This document shows, in pieces, positions 46,281 to 59,381 of a stretch of DNA of 64,000 nucleotides. The translations under genes were made by a program, and so were the position numbers. Positions within the stretch are counted from its first letter, which is position 1; each line of letters opens with the position of its first letter. The DNA is from Camelus dromedarius. Taxonomy: Eukaryota. The notes under the pieces were generated by a model that made no database searches, was not told the DNA's origin, and saw nothing but the letters and a program-made list of their open reading frames with translations. The stretch spans positions 23,624,001 to 23,688,000 of the forward strand of contig NC_087436.1 in assembly GCF_036321535.1 (NCBI RefSeq), read 5' to 3'.

Positions 46281-49200
46281 TGGCTTAGTATGGGATTCTA
46301 TGACAGGGATGAGTATCTAAAATCATATTCAGTGGTGAGATGTATAAGATAGATGGACCCTCCGCTGACAGAGAACATGATTGCTTAAAGGACTTAGAGT
46401 CACACAAAAATATGGAAGTTTGTAGTACAGGAAAGAGGTTGGTGGAAGAGTCTGTTTTGTGTTTTTGTTTTTTATCCTGAGTCAGATGGATACATCTTCA
46501 AAAACAGGAAGAAAATTTCTAGTGAAGTAGTTTACTGTTCATTCATTCCTTCGTCCCTTCCCCCTTTCTCTCTTTCCGCCTTACCCTCTTTAAGTGGTTC
46601 AAGTTCCATTTATATTTACAATATATTCACAAGACAGAGTGATATGATGAGTTAACCCTATTGGCGAGAGTCTGAAAGCTGGTACTTTGGTTCCAGTTCT
46701 GTCATACTTGTCGGATCTGGAGCCAGTCACATCCTTTCTGATACTTTAAATTTCCTAGACTTTGTCTCACACTGATGTGGAAGCTCATTAAAATAAAACG
46801 GGTAAGAGCCCTTGTAGCATTCAGGCAATCAGATAGTGTATTGTTTAACTCTATTGTGAGACAAAAGAAGAGAAAAGAAAAGGATACCAGAGTTTAACTT
46901 ATGAGAGTTTGGGTCTGAATATGTGTGTTTACCCAAGTGGAATTAAAGAAAGAAAAGTTGCAGTTGGATACTGAGGGGACAAGATCTTAGGGCCACACCT
47001 GTGGGGCAGAGCCTGTGTGGGGACAGTAGAACCCTCTGTGAAGATCAGCTATTCCCAGCTTAGAGCGATTTTGGACACATCACTGAAGCCTTTAATGTTT
47101 TCTGTGTGCACAGAAAGATGCTCTAATATCGGAAAACAAACATGCATGGAGGGCCGCTGCTTAGATTCAGAGAAGGCTTGTGCTGAATCCAGAAAGAGAA
47201 AGCATCGTGGTGAATTGGAAAGTTTACATGAGTTTATTAGGGTCGGAATCCTGTAGTCAAGTAAATCTAGACCAGTAGTAATTCAAGGAGAAAACATAAA
47301 TTTTGACAAAAATATTAGAGGCCTAAGAAGCCATCTGTAGGACAAATGGCCACAGATGTAAAATAATTTGAAGTGATGGTTTTCAGTACATCTGTAGCTA
47401 GAGTTTCTGGGAAAATGTGGCTCCAAATGAAGGCAGCAGCCCTACCCAATAGGTGGGATTTCAGGTGTTTCTAAACAACCTGGGTGCCTTTTTTTTTTTT
47501 TTTTTTAAATTTTGAAACTGTATTGTAATTTAAAACTGCAAGTTGTGTGTTGGCTAAGCGCGCTCTTGGGTGAGAGCCAAGGAAGGAAATCGTAAGTATT
47601 TTCGGATTTTCCAGTTTCAGACAGTGTGCCTGCTTTGGCTGAGCACCTCTAAAAACATAACTTCTCTCAGTAGCTTTTGACCAGGCACAAAGAGCAGGAG
47701 TTAGTAAGAAATGGGAGGGACCACGGCAGGGACCCATCTTCTGTTTTCCTTTTCCAGAGGGAGTCAAATAGGGTCGAGCAGGGACCCCTTCTGGCTTATG
47801 ATTGGAGGGTAATAGCTACTGCCTGTGTACAGTGTGGCTCAGGTAACCAGGCGCAGGGAATGAAGTAATTGTCCTGAGTTTTACAAGGACGCCCTCGGGT
47901 CTGGCCTCTGTCCCCTGTGAAACTGATCCAAACTAAGGGTGTCCTTTGAAGTTACTGGCTGCTCTGCTGGGAACAGCCCTGTGACTGCAAAGCAAGATGA
48001 GTAACTGGTCCCAAATGCTGAACTACCCATTACCTGTTTGTTAAGAGCTTGGGAAGAAGAAAGCAAAGACAAGAACAGGTTAGACAACAGCCAGTTAGAT
48101 CTTTCGGTTTCTCTATACTGTGGCTGAAACATAAACAAATCCTCGATTTTGTGAACTTGTTCACAGCCGGCTAGGCTAACAGCTTCCTTGTGGTCCTGGG
48201 AGCAGATCCTCCAGTGCAGAAGGCTGTAGAGGGGATTTTAAAGGGGAGCATTTCCAAATTATCACTCAGCAACTGCAGCCTCTGTACAGCAGCAATCACC
48301 TGACACTAACCTGTGTGGATTGTCCTTTTAAAAATAATATTTTCTAAGGTTACTATTGAACTAGGTGGTTAACTGTGGGGGAAAAAATTACAGCATTTTA
48401 AATATTAAATCTTTGTTTTTTTCCCATCTTATGATAAAACCTTGAACCCTGTGTGCTCAAGCTGTGCTGTAGTCCTCAAAGTAGGTTAAAGGATTCTCCT
48501 CTGGAAAAATAAGCCTTGTTTATGGGGTCCAAAAATAGTTGCTAAAAATTTCTTCCTTTTTTTTTTTTTTTGTTTGTTTTTTGTTTATGAGTCTTTTTCA
48601 TTTTGGAGGTCAGGAAATAAATGCTGGTTTGAGGTCATGCTTCATAGTAACTTGAAGTAAAAAGCAGAATATTAGGAAAAGCTGTGGGAAAGGAGGTGAT
48701 GGGGGAAACCCAAGACATAAACACCCAGATACAGGAAGTTGGGAGATGTAAGAAATAAACTTTGAAATGGCTGATCTACTCATACAAATGTATAATGAAA
48801 TCAACAACATTCTAATTGTCTTTGAGGAGTCCGATCTGTAGATTCCACACTTTGATTACTGGTATCCACGTTGCAGGTCACATGGCTCCTATGGCAGCAA
48901 ATCATAGGAAAATAGTTGAGAAAAATTTTGTAAGTGAGTAAAACATTTAAATGATTGTAACAAGACAAATAAACATGGCTTGAAAGTTGTACATGCCACT
49001 AAAGGGTAAATAGCTGAGTGGTCATTGACCCTTAGCTTGTTCAGTGATTTATATTTTCAGTCAAGAGTTTGGAAAATTTTCTCTTAAGCCGTTCATTCAT
49101 TCATTCCTTCTTACTGAGTGCTGAGCGATGGGGACATATCAGCAGAATTAGGGAGATGGTTTGGCCCTTCTCCGCTGGCAGCAAAGCTAACAGTGAGTGA

Positions 49201-49939
49201 GTTGCACCTGGTATTCCCAGGGCTGAGTTCCACTATCATCAGGTTGGTTTTTTAAAAACCTAGAGTGTTTCTTTTGCCACTGGGCTTCTTTGAAGGCTGC
49301 AGGAGCCAGCGTGTGGGAGAGAACGTGGGCCTGGAGGCGGAGTGGAAGGACCAAATGCCTGGGGACAGGCAGAGAATGGCAAGTTGATTTTCAAACGAAA
49401 CGAAACCCCCAAACCCTGCCATTAACAAAACATCATTTGGCTTAGTTAAAACAGGGAAGACTTGGGAGAACCTTTTGGTAAAACTGAGAGGGAAAACTAA
49501 ACAACTGAAGTTTCCAGAGAGGTGGATGGCGGCCCAGTGGGTGTAACTTTTCCAGACAGACCTGCATATTAGAAAAAGAACACAAGTCAGGAAAGTCTTA
49601 ATAGTCCGGTCTGAGGAGCCCAAATGACATTCATGTGCAAACAAGGAGCACATTCATCTGTATTCCTTCTTGTTTTTCTGACTGTTAGGATCCCATATGC
49701 GACACACGGAACGCCCTAAATCTGGCCCAGGGCAGGAGGGATGAAGGTGTATTGAAATGCGGTGGAGCCGGAGTGTTCATCGATTCAGACATGACTTGCT
49801 GAGTATCAGTTGTGTGGATAAAAATTGGGGGTATTTTCTTCCCATACCTCTAAGGAGAATGGGCAGTATGGGGAAAAATAAGAGAGATGCTTTGCTGCTT
49901 CTAAAAAAGCAAAGATTCTTTCTGAGGTGAGCCGTGGAG

Positions 49940-50165
49940 GGAGCTGAGACCTGAATTTTTGTTGTTGTTGTTCTCTACTCACTAGTCAGATTGTTTTGGA
50001 AAATCATTTTGCCATCGTGAGCCTTAGTTTCGTCCTCCATAAGACAGAGCTGATCATGTCTACCCTTCTCCCTCCTAGATTTGTTGTGAATACAAGATGA
50101 AACTGTTCAGAGAATGCAAGGTAGACTGGTAAGCACTACAGACACATGTCAGATGACTGTTATTT
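49940..50165 (+). mobile_element. MIR SINE
   Basis: gtgagccttagtttcgtcctccataagacagag…atgtctacc…ttgttgtgaatacaagatga…taagcactacagac. Confidence 0.65.
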
Positions 50166-53100
50166 TAAAAAATAGTAATAACATACGCCCTTTACTAGCG
50201 TGTTGGCCTGCTTCATCTATTTCTGGAGATTGCCTGCTGGATGGAGCTTCAGGAGCCCAGCTGACTTGTAGACCTGAATTTTTTCTGGTTCTGTTTGATT
50301 TTAGGGCTGTTGGTAGGAGTTGAGTCCCAGTGGGGCCCAAGAGTTTCACTCTGGTCTCCCACTTTAGGGTGTATTTGTAGCAGTTTTGACAAGTCCCAAA
50401 TTCAGTTTCTTCGGGGAAAAAAAAAATCCTGAAGTGTTCGGGTTCTGACCTAGGGAGAGCCTGGTGGGTGCTGCAGCGGCTGCCTCATTTGAACCTGAAC
50501 CTCCCGACCTCCGTCACTGAAACAGACTTGGCCTGTGGGGTTGGAAGCCACACGCAGTGGATTCCGGAGGCCTTCCAGGGTGCAGGCTGGTGGCCGTGGT
50601 CACAGCACCGACTGTGGGCAGAGCCCCACAGGGAAGGAGGTTGGACCCTGGGATACAGATGGAAAGAGGCCATTCGTCACGTTGTGGTGGTCGGGTTCCG
50701 TCCCGCAGGCCTGCCTTCCATCTCGGTGTGAGCAGGCTGCCTTACCGTGGGGCCTGTGGTGTCTCCATGCGGCTGGTTTTCAGTTAGACCCTGCTTGTGA
50801 AATGAAAGGGCAGGAAGGGAAGAATTTCACTCTGAGAACATATGGAGATGACCCAACTCGTCCCACGTGGGCCCCAGGCAGAATAAACTTGCGCCGCTGG
50901 TCGTGAACAGCAGTGTGTCATAAACCATTCTTTCCTTGAACCCTTTTGACTGGGAAGGAGGCACAGGGGGAGGACACAGCGGGGATTCTTTCTCTTCAGC
51001 TGCTTCCTACTCCGTTGCTTACATTCCCTCAACAGATCTTATTGGGCTGCTACTGTGTGTGTGAAAGAGAAAGAGAGAGAGCTTGTGTTTTATGGAGGAG
51101 ACTGATGAGCTGGGGCCCTGGCTCCTATTTTATGTTTACTGCCCCCTGCCATTTCTTAAAAAGGAGTCTTCAAAGTGCAAAGTCCTATTCTGAAGACAGG
51201 TTTCTGGGCAGTAAAGTTGACAGGGTTTAACATGGGGAAAGTAAACCTAATAGAAAAAGAAAGCGGGATAAACAACTCCAGCTCCATTCCACAAAGGCCT
51301 TTGATGGGAAAGGGGCCTGTTTATGAAGATCTGGGGGCAGGCCGGCACCATTCACATCCTCAGTAGTGTAGGGCGTGAAGCCTGTTTCTTACCTTCCTAG
51401 TAGATGACCTCAGCATTCGTAGTAGCAGCTGAATACTATAGCTGTTAGTAAGATCACGCCCGTGAGACTTCAGTGTTTACTAATACGGGTTTCTCAGATC
51501 GAGCCACTGCTGACTGGTTCTCATTTCCCCATCTATTTCTCCCTCGGCTCACCTAGTATCAGTGGCCCTGTCTTCTTCAGCCAGCCAACGCAGGCTTATT
51601 GAGTGAAATTTGCATTTACATATTGAACTTGAACCTGACTTACTAAATATCTCCAAGGCAGTAAAAAAAAGTTTCATTTCAGAAAATACTCAGTGTTGGT
51701 AAATATTGAGCCTGTTGTCTTGTGGTCCCTGGACATACTGTTTCTCTTCTCAGTGATAGACAGTGAGCCAGGGAAGGTTTTGCTGGTGAGACTTCAGGAG
51801 TGGGTTGTAAGTGTGTGTTTACACTTGTGCTTGTGTACAAATGTGTATAAGTATTTTGGTTTTCTTGGTATATTTAATGTTATGACAGGGACATCTTTTA
51901 TACCCACACCTCTGCATAAACAGAATTCTAGGGGAAAAAATATCTAGGCAGAGGAAGCCTCAAATATTTTGAGAAGATAACTATGATACTGCTGTAACTA
52001 CAGAGAGTAAAACAAAAAATAAAGAGGTCGAGAATGTAAAGCATTCCATGTATTGTAAGATTCATGGGGGAGAAATGAACCCACCGAGCAGTTCCTGGAT
52101 TTTGTTTTGAGTGATGTATGAATATTTGGCTGTGTGTAATCATTAAAAGCCTTAATTCCTTTTCCTCTGTAGTAGACTATTCAGTTCAGAATTCAGTTTT
52201 ACACACAAACAAACAGGGAGATCACATGGGGTTTTGCCTTCTGTGGAATAGATCAAAATAGATCAACAGTTTAAAGTCAGGGATTGGTTTGAGTGGAATC
52301 AGTGTCTTCAGCTAAAATAGCCATCACATCTTGCTTCTCTCATCATTTCCTGCACCAGCCAGGCAGCCTTCTGCATTGGGGAAACATAAATCAAAGGTAA
52401 AAACTGAACAATGGAAGATTTTCATGTATTTTCTTAACTCTATGTTGAGAGCTTACCGTCTGCAGTTTTAGGTTTCAGGTTTTTAGCAGGGCTCTCCACA
52501 CTGCCTCTGGTGAAAGACCGGTTTCTTCTATTTCCAGTCCATGGTGGACAAATACATTGAGAAAATACAGTAAAAATGAATTGCTAGAAAAATGATCACC
52601 TGCTTGGATGTTCCTTCAATTACAGATTGCTTAATGGCTGCCAAATGCCTGCTCAAAAAACTCATACTTATCTTGGGAGTGTGGGACATTATCAGTTTGG
52701 GGATGAACTCCAAGTCCAGGAACCATGCTTTGAATAACACTGTCTCCAGGCACATTCTGACCCATGACTGGAACTTCTGTCTGTGATGGTTAAAGGAGGA
52801 AATGCACTAAAGAAGAGATACTTCAGCCGTGTGTCATTTCTGCACACACTTCTGTGCTAACTCATTCTAGCTTCTTCTAGTTCCTTTGTTAGTCTTTACC
52901 TTCCATTCTTTATATTGTGTACCTTTGGGTTAATTACACGTCTTAACTTCCTGTTTCCTGCAGATTAACCTTTACTTCAAAAATGTATGTAATCACATGT
53001 GCTTCTTTTCCCCCAAATTAACTACCACACACTCTGGCATTCTTTGTGCAAGAGAGTAGTATATATATATATTTTTTCTTAGATACATTTGAAATAAATC

Positions 53101-54594
53101 CAAGCAACTGTCTTGCATTTTGTAAACATGCATTTTGGGCTGAATTACACCTTCCATAGTTCCATACGGTTTTACAGGTCAGTCTGAGACTTTTACAGAA
53201 CAATTAAAACATGAATATTCTGCTAACTTCCTGTCTTTGGCTTTGAATGCCTATAAACAGGGCAGTAAATAAGACGAAGGGCTCGGGATTTAGTAACACA
53301 GTCAGTCTTTGGTCTGGGGTCATCTGGGAAATATCAACCACTCTTAGGAATGGCTAAACATCGACTAAACTTTTTAGGATTCAGAGGAAACTTTCTTTTG
53401 GAGATGGAGGTTGTTTACTCTTTAGCTTCCCCATAAAAGGAGTAAAAATATAGATATGCAGCACTACTATTTGCTTCTTACGTTAACTGTATTCATTCAT
53501 GAATTTAATTTCCCCTGCTTCCTTCCATTTTTAAAGACCATTCTGCTGAAGAGTCTGACTTCCTTTTTGGAGAGGGAGGCAGGGGTTTCCTTGCCACTGG
53601 TGAACCCCAGAATAGAGAGGGCACTGAGCTCCTGGTTCTGGTTTTGCCTGCTTTTCTTAGTGACCCCAGCATGGAATTCAAAAGAGAGTTCTCATAGCTG
53701 GATGAGCAGAGCCCTTGGGGCGTTTCATGTGCCCTCGTGGACATAGTTTAGTAACAGTCACCATCCAGACTTCTCTGTCTCTCTCTCCTGCCCATCTTTC
53801 TTCCCATGGCCACAGTCCCCAGGTCCCAGGGGCTGGAAGTCCCCCTTCTGTCTTCCCTCCTGTCCAGTCCTCAGGCTGGGCCCTGGGGAACTTGTGCTGA
53901 GTTGGGAGCTTCCCTCCCCTTGAGCCCAGTGCGAAGCAGCTCTTGTCATCCTGACAGTGGGTGCTGGAGACCAAGCTGGATGTAGAGCTGCCTTTTCATT
54001 TTTACACCCTTTTTATGTGTTCTAAATGGGCTCACCAAGTCCAGGCAGGCTTCTGGAACGGAGTGTGGGGTTCTTCTAACAGTAAAGTTCCACGCAGCCA
54101 CCCCCATCACCAGGGCAGAGCTGGTGTCACATTAACAGCCCTGAGCTCTTGTAGTTCTCCTCAGAGCATGGTGTGGGAGGCCCAGAAGTGTCATAAAAAC
54201 GGTAATGATTAAAAGAGTCCTATTTTTCTCTAGGGTTCTTCTGCCATTTCTAAACTAAAGTTGGGGTCATAAGGCTCATGCTTCGCAGTTTGATCAAGCT
54301 GGAAATGATTGGTGTGGGAGTAGGTGATAGTTTTTTAAATTCCAACATCTTATTTCTGTTCTTTGGTGCTGGAGTTGACCATGACGGTGCCTTCTTGTCC
54401 TTTGCTGATATTCTTTGTCCCTGTTATTTTCAGGCCCCTTGGAAAGAGTGAGAGGGAGGGAGGAAGGAAGGGAAGTTCAGACCTCAACTTCTAGGAAAGA
54501 CTGTTGATTGCAACTGATTGATTCATTTCCAGAAGAATCAGGGGACAGAAGGAGCTGACTTGTTTTTTAACCCTGCTTTGCTGAGAAGGGGATA

Positions 54595-54812
54595 GTAGCT
54601 ACTCTGATAAATACTACTAGTCCTCCATGCAAAGATTTCATACGCATTATCCCTAGTAAATACCTCAGGAACCATGAGATAGCTGTTATCATCAGCCCCG
54701 CTTTGAGGATGAGTAAACCAAGGCTTGGAGCTTTCTAATGACCTGGCTGATGTCACTGAGCTTTGCAAGAGCTGGAATTTGAATTCAAATCCATTTGACT
54801 CCAAAACCCAGC
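54595..54812 (-). mobile_element. MIR SINE
   Basis: ccatgagatagctgttatcatcagccccgctttgaggatgagtaaaccaaggctt…gagctggaatttgaattcaaatccatttgactccaaaacc. Confidence 0.75.
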
Positions 54813-55944
54813 TGCACATTGTGAAGGGGCAGTGTGATGGATAAAGGCTGGGCCTCCCCAGCAGAGCAATGCTTCAGGACTGCCTTTGACATGGGGCCGC
54901 CAGATCTTGTTGAGTGTGGAGGGAACAGCCTCTAATTCCCTTCTGTGGCAGTGCCGACTGGGCAGGTTCATAGAAACAGCACTTACTGAGGATGAGAACG
55001 TGTTCTCTGTGTCTGCATGTGAATGGGAGCTGACCCTATTCACGTGCAGACAGCCCTGGGACAGCCCGTCTTCAGGAAGGACAAACTGCAGTGGATGGTG
55101 AGAAGGGACAGAAAAGATGCAGGCAGGTTTCTGGGCAAGACGGCTCCCGTGCAGAGGCTGTGGGTGAGAGAGGACAAATACTAGCTCAGAATAAACACAG
55201 AGAAAAAAGAGCTTTTGAGAAGGGTAGAAACAGCCTCAGTGAAGCGGGATGAACCAAAGGACACCAAGAGAAGTAGGGCATAGGTGAAGTCAGGGCTGCC
55301 CGGGGCCCGGAGACCGGGACCTTGAAGAGACAGAGAAGAAAACTGTGAAGTCAGTACAAAGTGACTGGAGACTTTCCTGACTCTGAGCACAAAAATCTCA
55401 TTTGTCCCATTTCCATGTGTATCCTTCCTCTTAAGATCTCCACCAGTCAAGGAGATTAGTTAACTTTATTTCTGTTGTTTGTTTTATAAAAGCAATAGGT
55501 CCACATTTTCATTTTGAAGATAGAAAATTTAAATGTGAAGTATCTTTTTTTTTTTTTTTTAGATGGCACCAAAAAATCTAGAGCAGAATCCTCAGCCATA
55601 ATACCTCATTTGATCCTCACAGTCCTGAAGTTGAGGAATAGAGAGAGACTATTCCTAGAAAGAATCAATAATACATAGTTTTTATGTTGTGTTTAAAATC
55701 TGTGAAGTGCGTATACATGCATTAGATGTTCTTCATAACACCCTGGGAGGAAAATTGGTTGGTGAATTAATTAATTGATACACATTTAGATTTTGATATT
55801 AAGAGCACAAGAGATTTGCATTTTAACTTGTTCTTTTCCCCCCATGAATTTCTATTTTGCTTTTTTCTTAATTCTTCAGTAAAGTTAAATTTTCGAAAAT
55901 CCCAGCCATGTCTTGGCCAGGATATACGGAAAGACTCCTTATAG

Positions 55945-56207
55945 AGAAGCAGTTCGGGTCCCTGACACTGGAAGGGGACATACCCTGGATCTGGTTCCTG
56001 CCACTGTCACCTGCTAGCAGTGAGACCTTGGGTTAGTCACTTAACCTCTCCAAGTCTCAGTTTTGTTATCTGTAAACTGGCAATAATACCAGGCTCAGAG
56101 AGACGTTAAGAGCATTAAACGAAGTGATGGACCACCAGCATTGAGCCTAGTGCGGAGTCTACAGTAAGCACTGGACACGGGAAGCAATTATTGTTACTGT
56201 TGTTATT
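55945..56207 (+). mobile_element. MIR SINE
   Basis: ctagcagtgagaccttgggttagtcacttaacctctccaagtctcagttttgttatctgtaaactggcaataatacc…cagtaagcact. Confidence 0.85.
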
Positions 56208-56857
56208 AGTTTTCTCCTGCTAAAGGCCAGTTATGGTGGCAGCTGAGGATTCTGCCTGAGATGTTCTCCAAGAACCAGGGGGAGCTGGAACTAGCGGGAG
56301 ATAGACAGTCACCCTCTCCTTCATCAGACGTGTCCTTTCTTTTCTGATTTCTTTGCTCCCTTCTTTGAACCTGGCCCCTTGTTAGGCTTTGATGACCAAA
56401 CAAGGTTCCTACCTAACCCATAAGATTTCTCACTGATTCCTTAGATCTTTCCAAAGTACCAGTGTGAGTTGTTGGCAAAAAGCAATGTATGAGTGATTAT
56501 GATGACAATTTTCTCCAGTGTCTGAAACTATGAATGTTGATTGATGTCTGTTCCTGTGCACTCTCTCCCCTGAAATGGCCAGCTGGTGACCCCACACCTC
56601 TGCTCCTCTTGTATTCCTGTGGGTTCCCGGTGGAGCACCTCACACCCAGTGGGTGCCGAGTGCCCAATAGGAAGACAGATCCAAAGGGCCAAGGAACTCA
56701 TTTGCTGGTCCCAGAGTCCCTCTAATGGAAGTTCATAAGAGATTTAGCTGGAAAGGTAGATATAAATTGGTACAGAAGACCCAGACAGTTGCAGATCTGT
56801 TGATTCTGGTCCTCCCATCAGATTCACTAAATCCTGTTGTCATCCTCTGCCTCCCCC

Positions 56858-56859
<2 letters not shown>

Positions 56860-56892
<33 letters not shown>
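56860..56892. repeat. (CA)16 microsatellite
   Basis: Perfect CA run read directly. Confidence 0.95.
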
Positions 56893-56895
<3 letters not shown>

Positions 56896-57937
56896 GTCAC
56901 CCAGGTGGAGTGGTGACTTAAACTTGAGACATTTTACCCTGGAATCACTATTATTGAGATGAACACATCAGACTCCCTGTTTCTTTTGACATCTTTCCTG
57001 TGAACCCAGAAGAGGTGCCAGAGAGGTGACAGTTTCAGTGAACATAGCCTCTTCAGGTCCCTTCATAGTTTTCCAAGGGGGAGGTAGTCACATCTAGAGA
57101 GGGAGGAATTACTGGCAGCAATGGTGACCTCTAAATGGTTTTCTTCACTATTAATACTGCTGAGGGACCGGCAGGAATGGAAGGCGGAAGTGTCTGGGTG
57201 ACATACCGCTGCTGAGGTGTTCGTGGTTGCTGCTTGGATCACAACTGGCTGTGTGTTCCTCCCCCTGCACCCCCACGCCCACTGCCTGGCCTCACATCTC
57301 AGACACACACACATTCTTCAAATAGCGCATTCTGGGACATTCTTGCCCCCCACACCAGCCTGCCCAAGGGACTTTCAGAGAATGAATGAGAGCTTTCTTA
57401 ACTAATGATATTCCTGACCATCTGTCCAGCTGGTCACTGAGAACATAAGGCAGATGCTCTTAAAAAAAATCCTGGTCCTTGTAAAATTATAAATATGAAA
57501 AATTCAGTTATTGAATCTGACAGAGGATGTCTGATGATACATTTTCATCATTTTTTAAAAGTATGATTATTGTGAGGCTGTGGATGTAAGAAATGAAGTG
57601 ATTTTTTTTTCTTTAAGTCCTGGGCTGGTGTGTGTGTGTGTTGATATTTACTCTCTGCCACTTTGGATTTCTCAGTGTTCAAAAAGTGGGCCTCTTTATC
57701 CCTCTGTTGTTAATAGTTAAAGCTCAGAGGGGCAGTAGGAATGTGGGAGTGGGTCTCACTTCTGCGTAAAAGCTGTAAAATTAGACAGCTGGGCAAGCGT
57801 TGGCTCCCACCCGGTTTCCTGGAGGTGCAGGAATGTATCTCCAGGAAAAAGCTGGCGGAATCAGCTGGGTGGCGCAAGTTCAGGGCAGCATGCAGCCCGT
57901 GTGGATGGTGTTTCTGAGGATGAGGTTGGGGGGGGTA

Positions 57938-57942
<5 letters not shown>

Positions 57943-57994
<52 letters not shown>

Positions 57995-58011
57995 CCCGCG
58001 CGCGCGTGCGC
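57943..58011. repeat. Compound (TG)23-(CG)n microsatellite
   Basis: Perfect TG run at 57943-57988 followed by cgcgcgcccgcgcgcgcgtgcgc. Confidence 0.95.
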
Positions 58012-59110
58012 CCCGATCGGCGCACACGTGTCTCCTCCGCGGCAGCGCTTCCAGACAAATGTTGAGAAACTACGAGTTGTTTTTGTCCTCCCAAACAATG
58101 ACAAGGCACTGTATGAATCCCCAGGAATTGAGAGATAAAGGAGGCTCCAGAGGTTGAGGCTTAGGGAAGTGATCCTGGAAGCTGGAGTTGGGGGCAGAAG
58201 GATGCCGCCTTTCCATTTCCGTGGCTCGCTGTTGTCTGCAGTGGGAAGTTTGGCAGTTCTCATAAGGACCCCAGGCTGGCAAGCAGGCTGGCCAGCCAGA
58301 CACTGCTGTGCGGTCTGTAGCATGAAGGAGGTTCCCCCACAGAGAGGGAAGGGGCATTTCTGCTTTCCTGTGATTTTTTTAAAAACTAACTACCTTGACC
58401 GGAAGCAGGAGGGGGAAATCAATTCTGTGTGTGCTCGAGGCTCAGTCAGGTTCAAATACAGATAACAATAGGCGCAAGCCTGGAGCTGCCTTCGGTAGGT
58501 GCCCTCCCCTCTCAGGGGCTCACTTGAAGACACTTGCCTGCTTCGTGTTGAGGCTTTACAACTTGTTCATTGTCTTGTAGGTGCCATTTTTATTTCAAGG
58601 ACTTATTTTTCAATGTTCTAATTTAGTCTTTGCTAAATAATCAAAGGCCAATTTCATTTTGGTTCTTGGGTGTCGGCTGCAGAGCTGCTGTGCAGTTTGT
58701 TTGCTTGTTTTGGGGTGCTGCCTTCACTTTTGATGCTTGCCTTTTTCCCCTCCGGAATGTGTTCTCCTTTTTCCTGCTGATTTTCATCAGTGAACTGAAA
58801 AAGTAAGCTCCTTTTCAAAAGGGAGAAACCTTTTCATAATGGAAAAACAAGATTATAATAGACTAAAATAAGATGCTCTGTAGGCCTCAAAGTCAGAGTA
58901 CTTACTTAGATTAAAACATTTAGAGGGTTCCTTTCCTAGGCATTTATTTTAACATGAATGTATGCAACTCATTCAGCAAATACTTCTGAAGCCTTTGCTA
59001 AGTGCTAAATACTGAAGTGGGTTTCAGAAATGCAACGGTGAACGTTGTCACAGAATTTAAGAGTCTGGCTTGTCTTTAGATTAGCATTAAAAAAAAAAAA
59101 AACACCAACT

Positions 59111-59381
59111 AGCAGCACTATTTTCAGTAGCCATGACATGGAAGCAACCTAAGTGTCCATAGACAGATGACTAGATAAAGAAGATGTGATATATACACAA
59201 TGGAATACTATTCAGCCATAAAAAGAAAGAAGTAATGCCATTTGGAGCAACATGGATGGACCTAGAGATTATCATACTATGTGAAGTAAGTCAGACAGAG
59301 GAAGACAAGTATCATACAATATCACTTATATGTGGAATCTAAGAAAAATTGAAACAAATGAACTTATTTATAAAACAGAAA
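59111..59381 (+). mobile_element. L1 fragment: ORF2 C-terminus plus the start of the 3' UTR, truncated at both ends
   Basis: Translates, with stops and frameshifts, to …TWKQPKCP…MEYYSAIK…MPFGATWMDLEIIILCEVSQTEEDKYHTISLICGI*, the mammalian L1 ORF2 end. It stops at ttatttataaaacagaaa. Confidence 0.9.

Noticed and set aside
57710..58323. ORFs with HTHTHT or VCVCVC runs
   Set aside because: These are translations of the (TG)n/(CG)n microsatellite.
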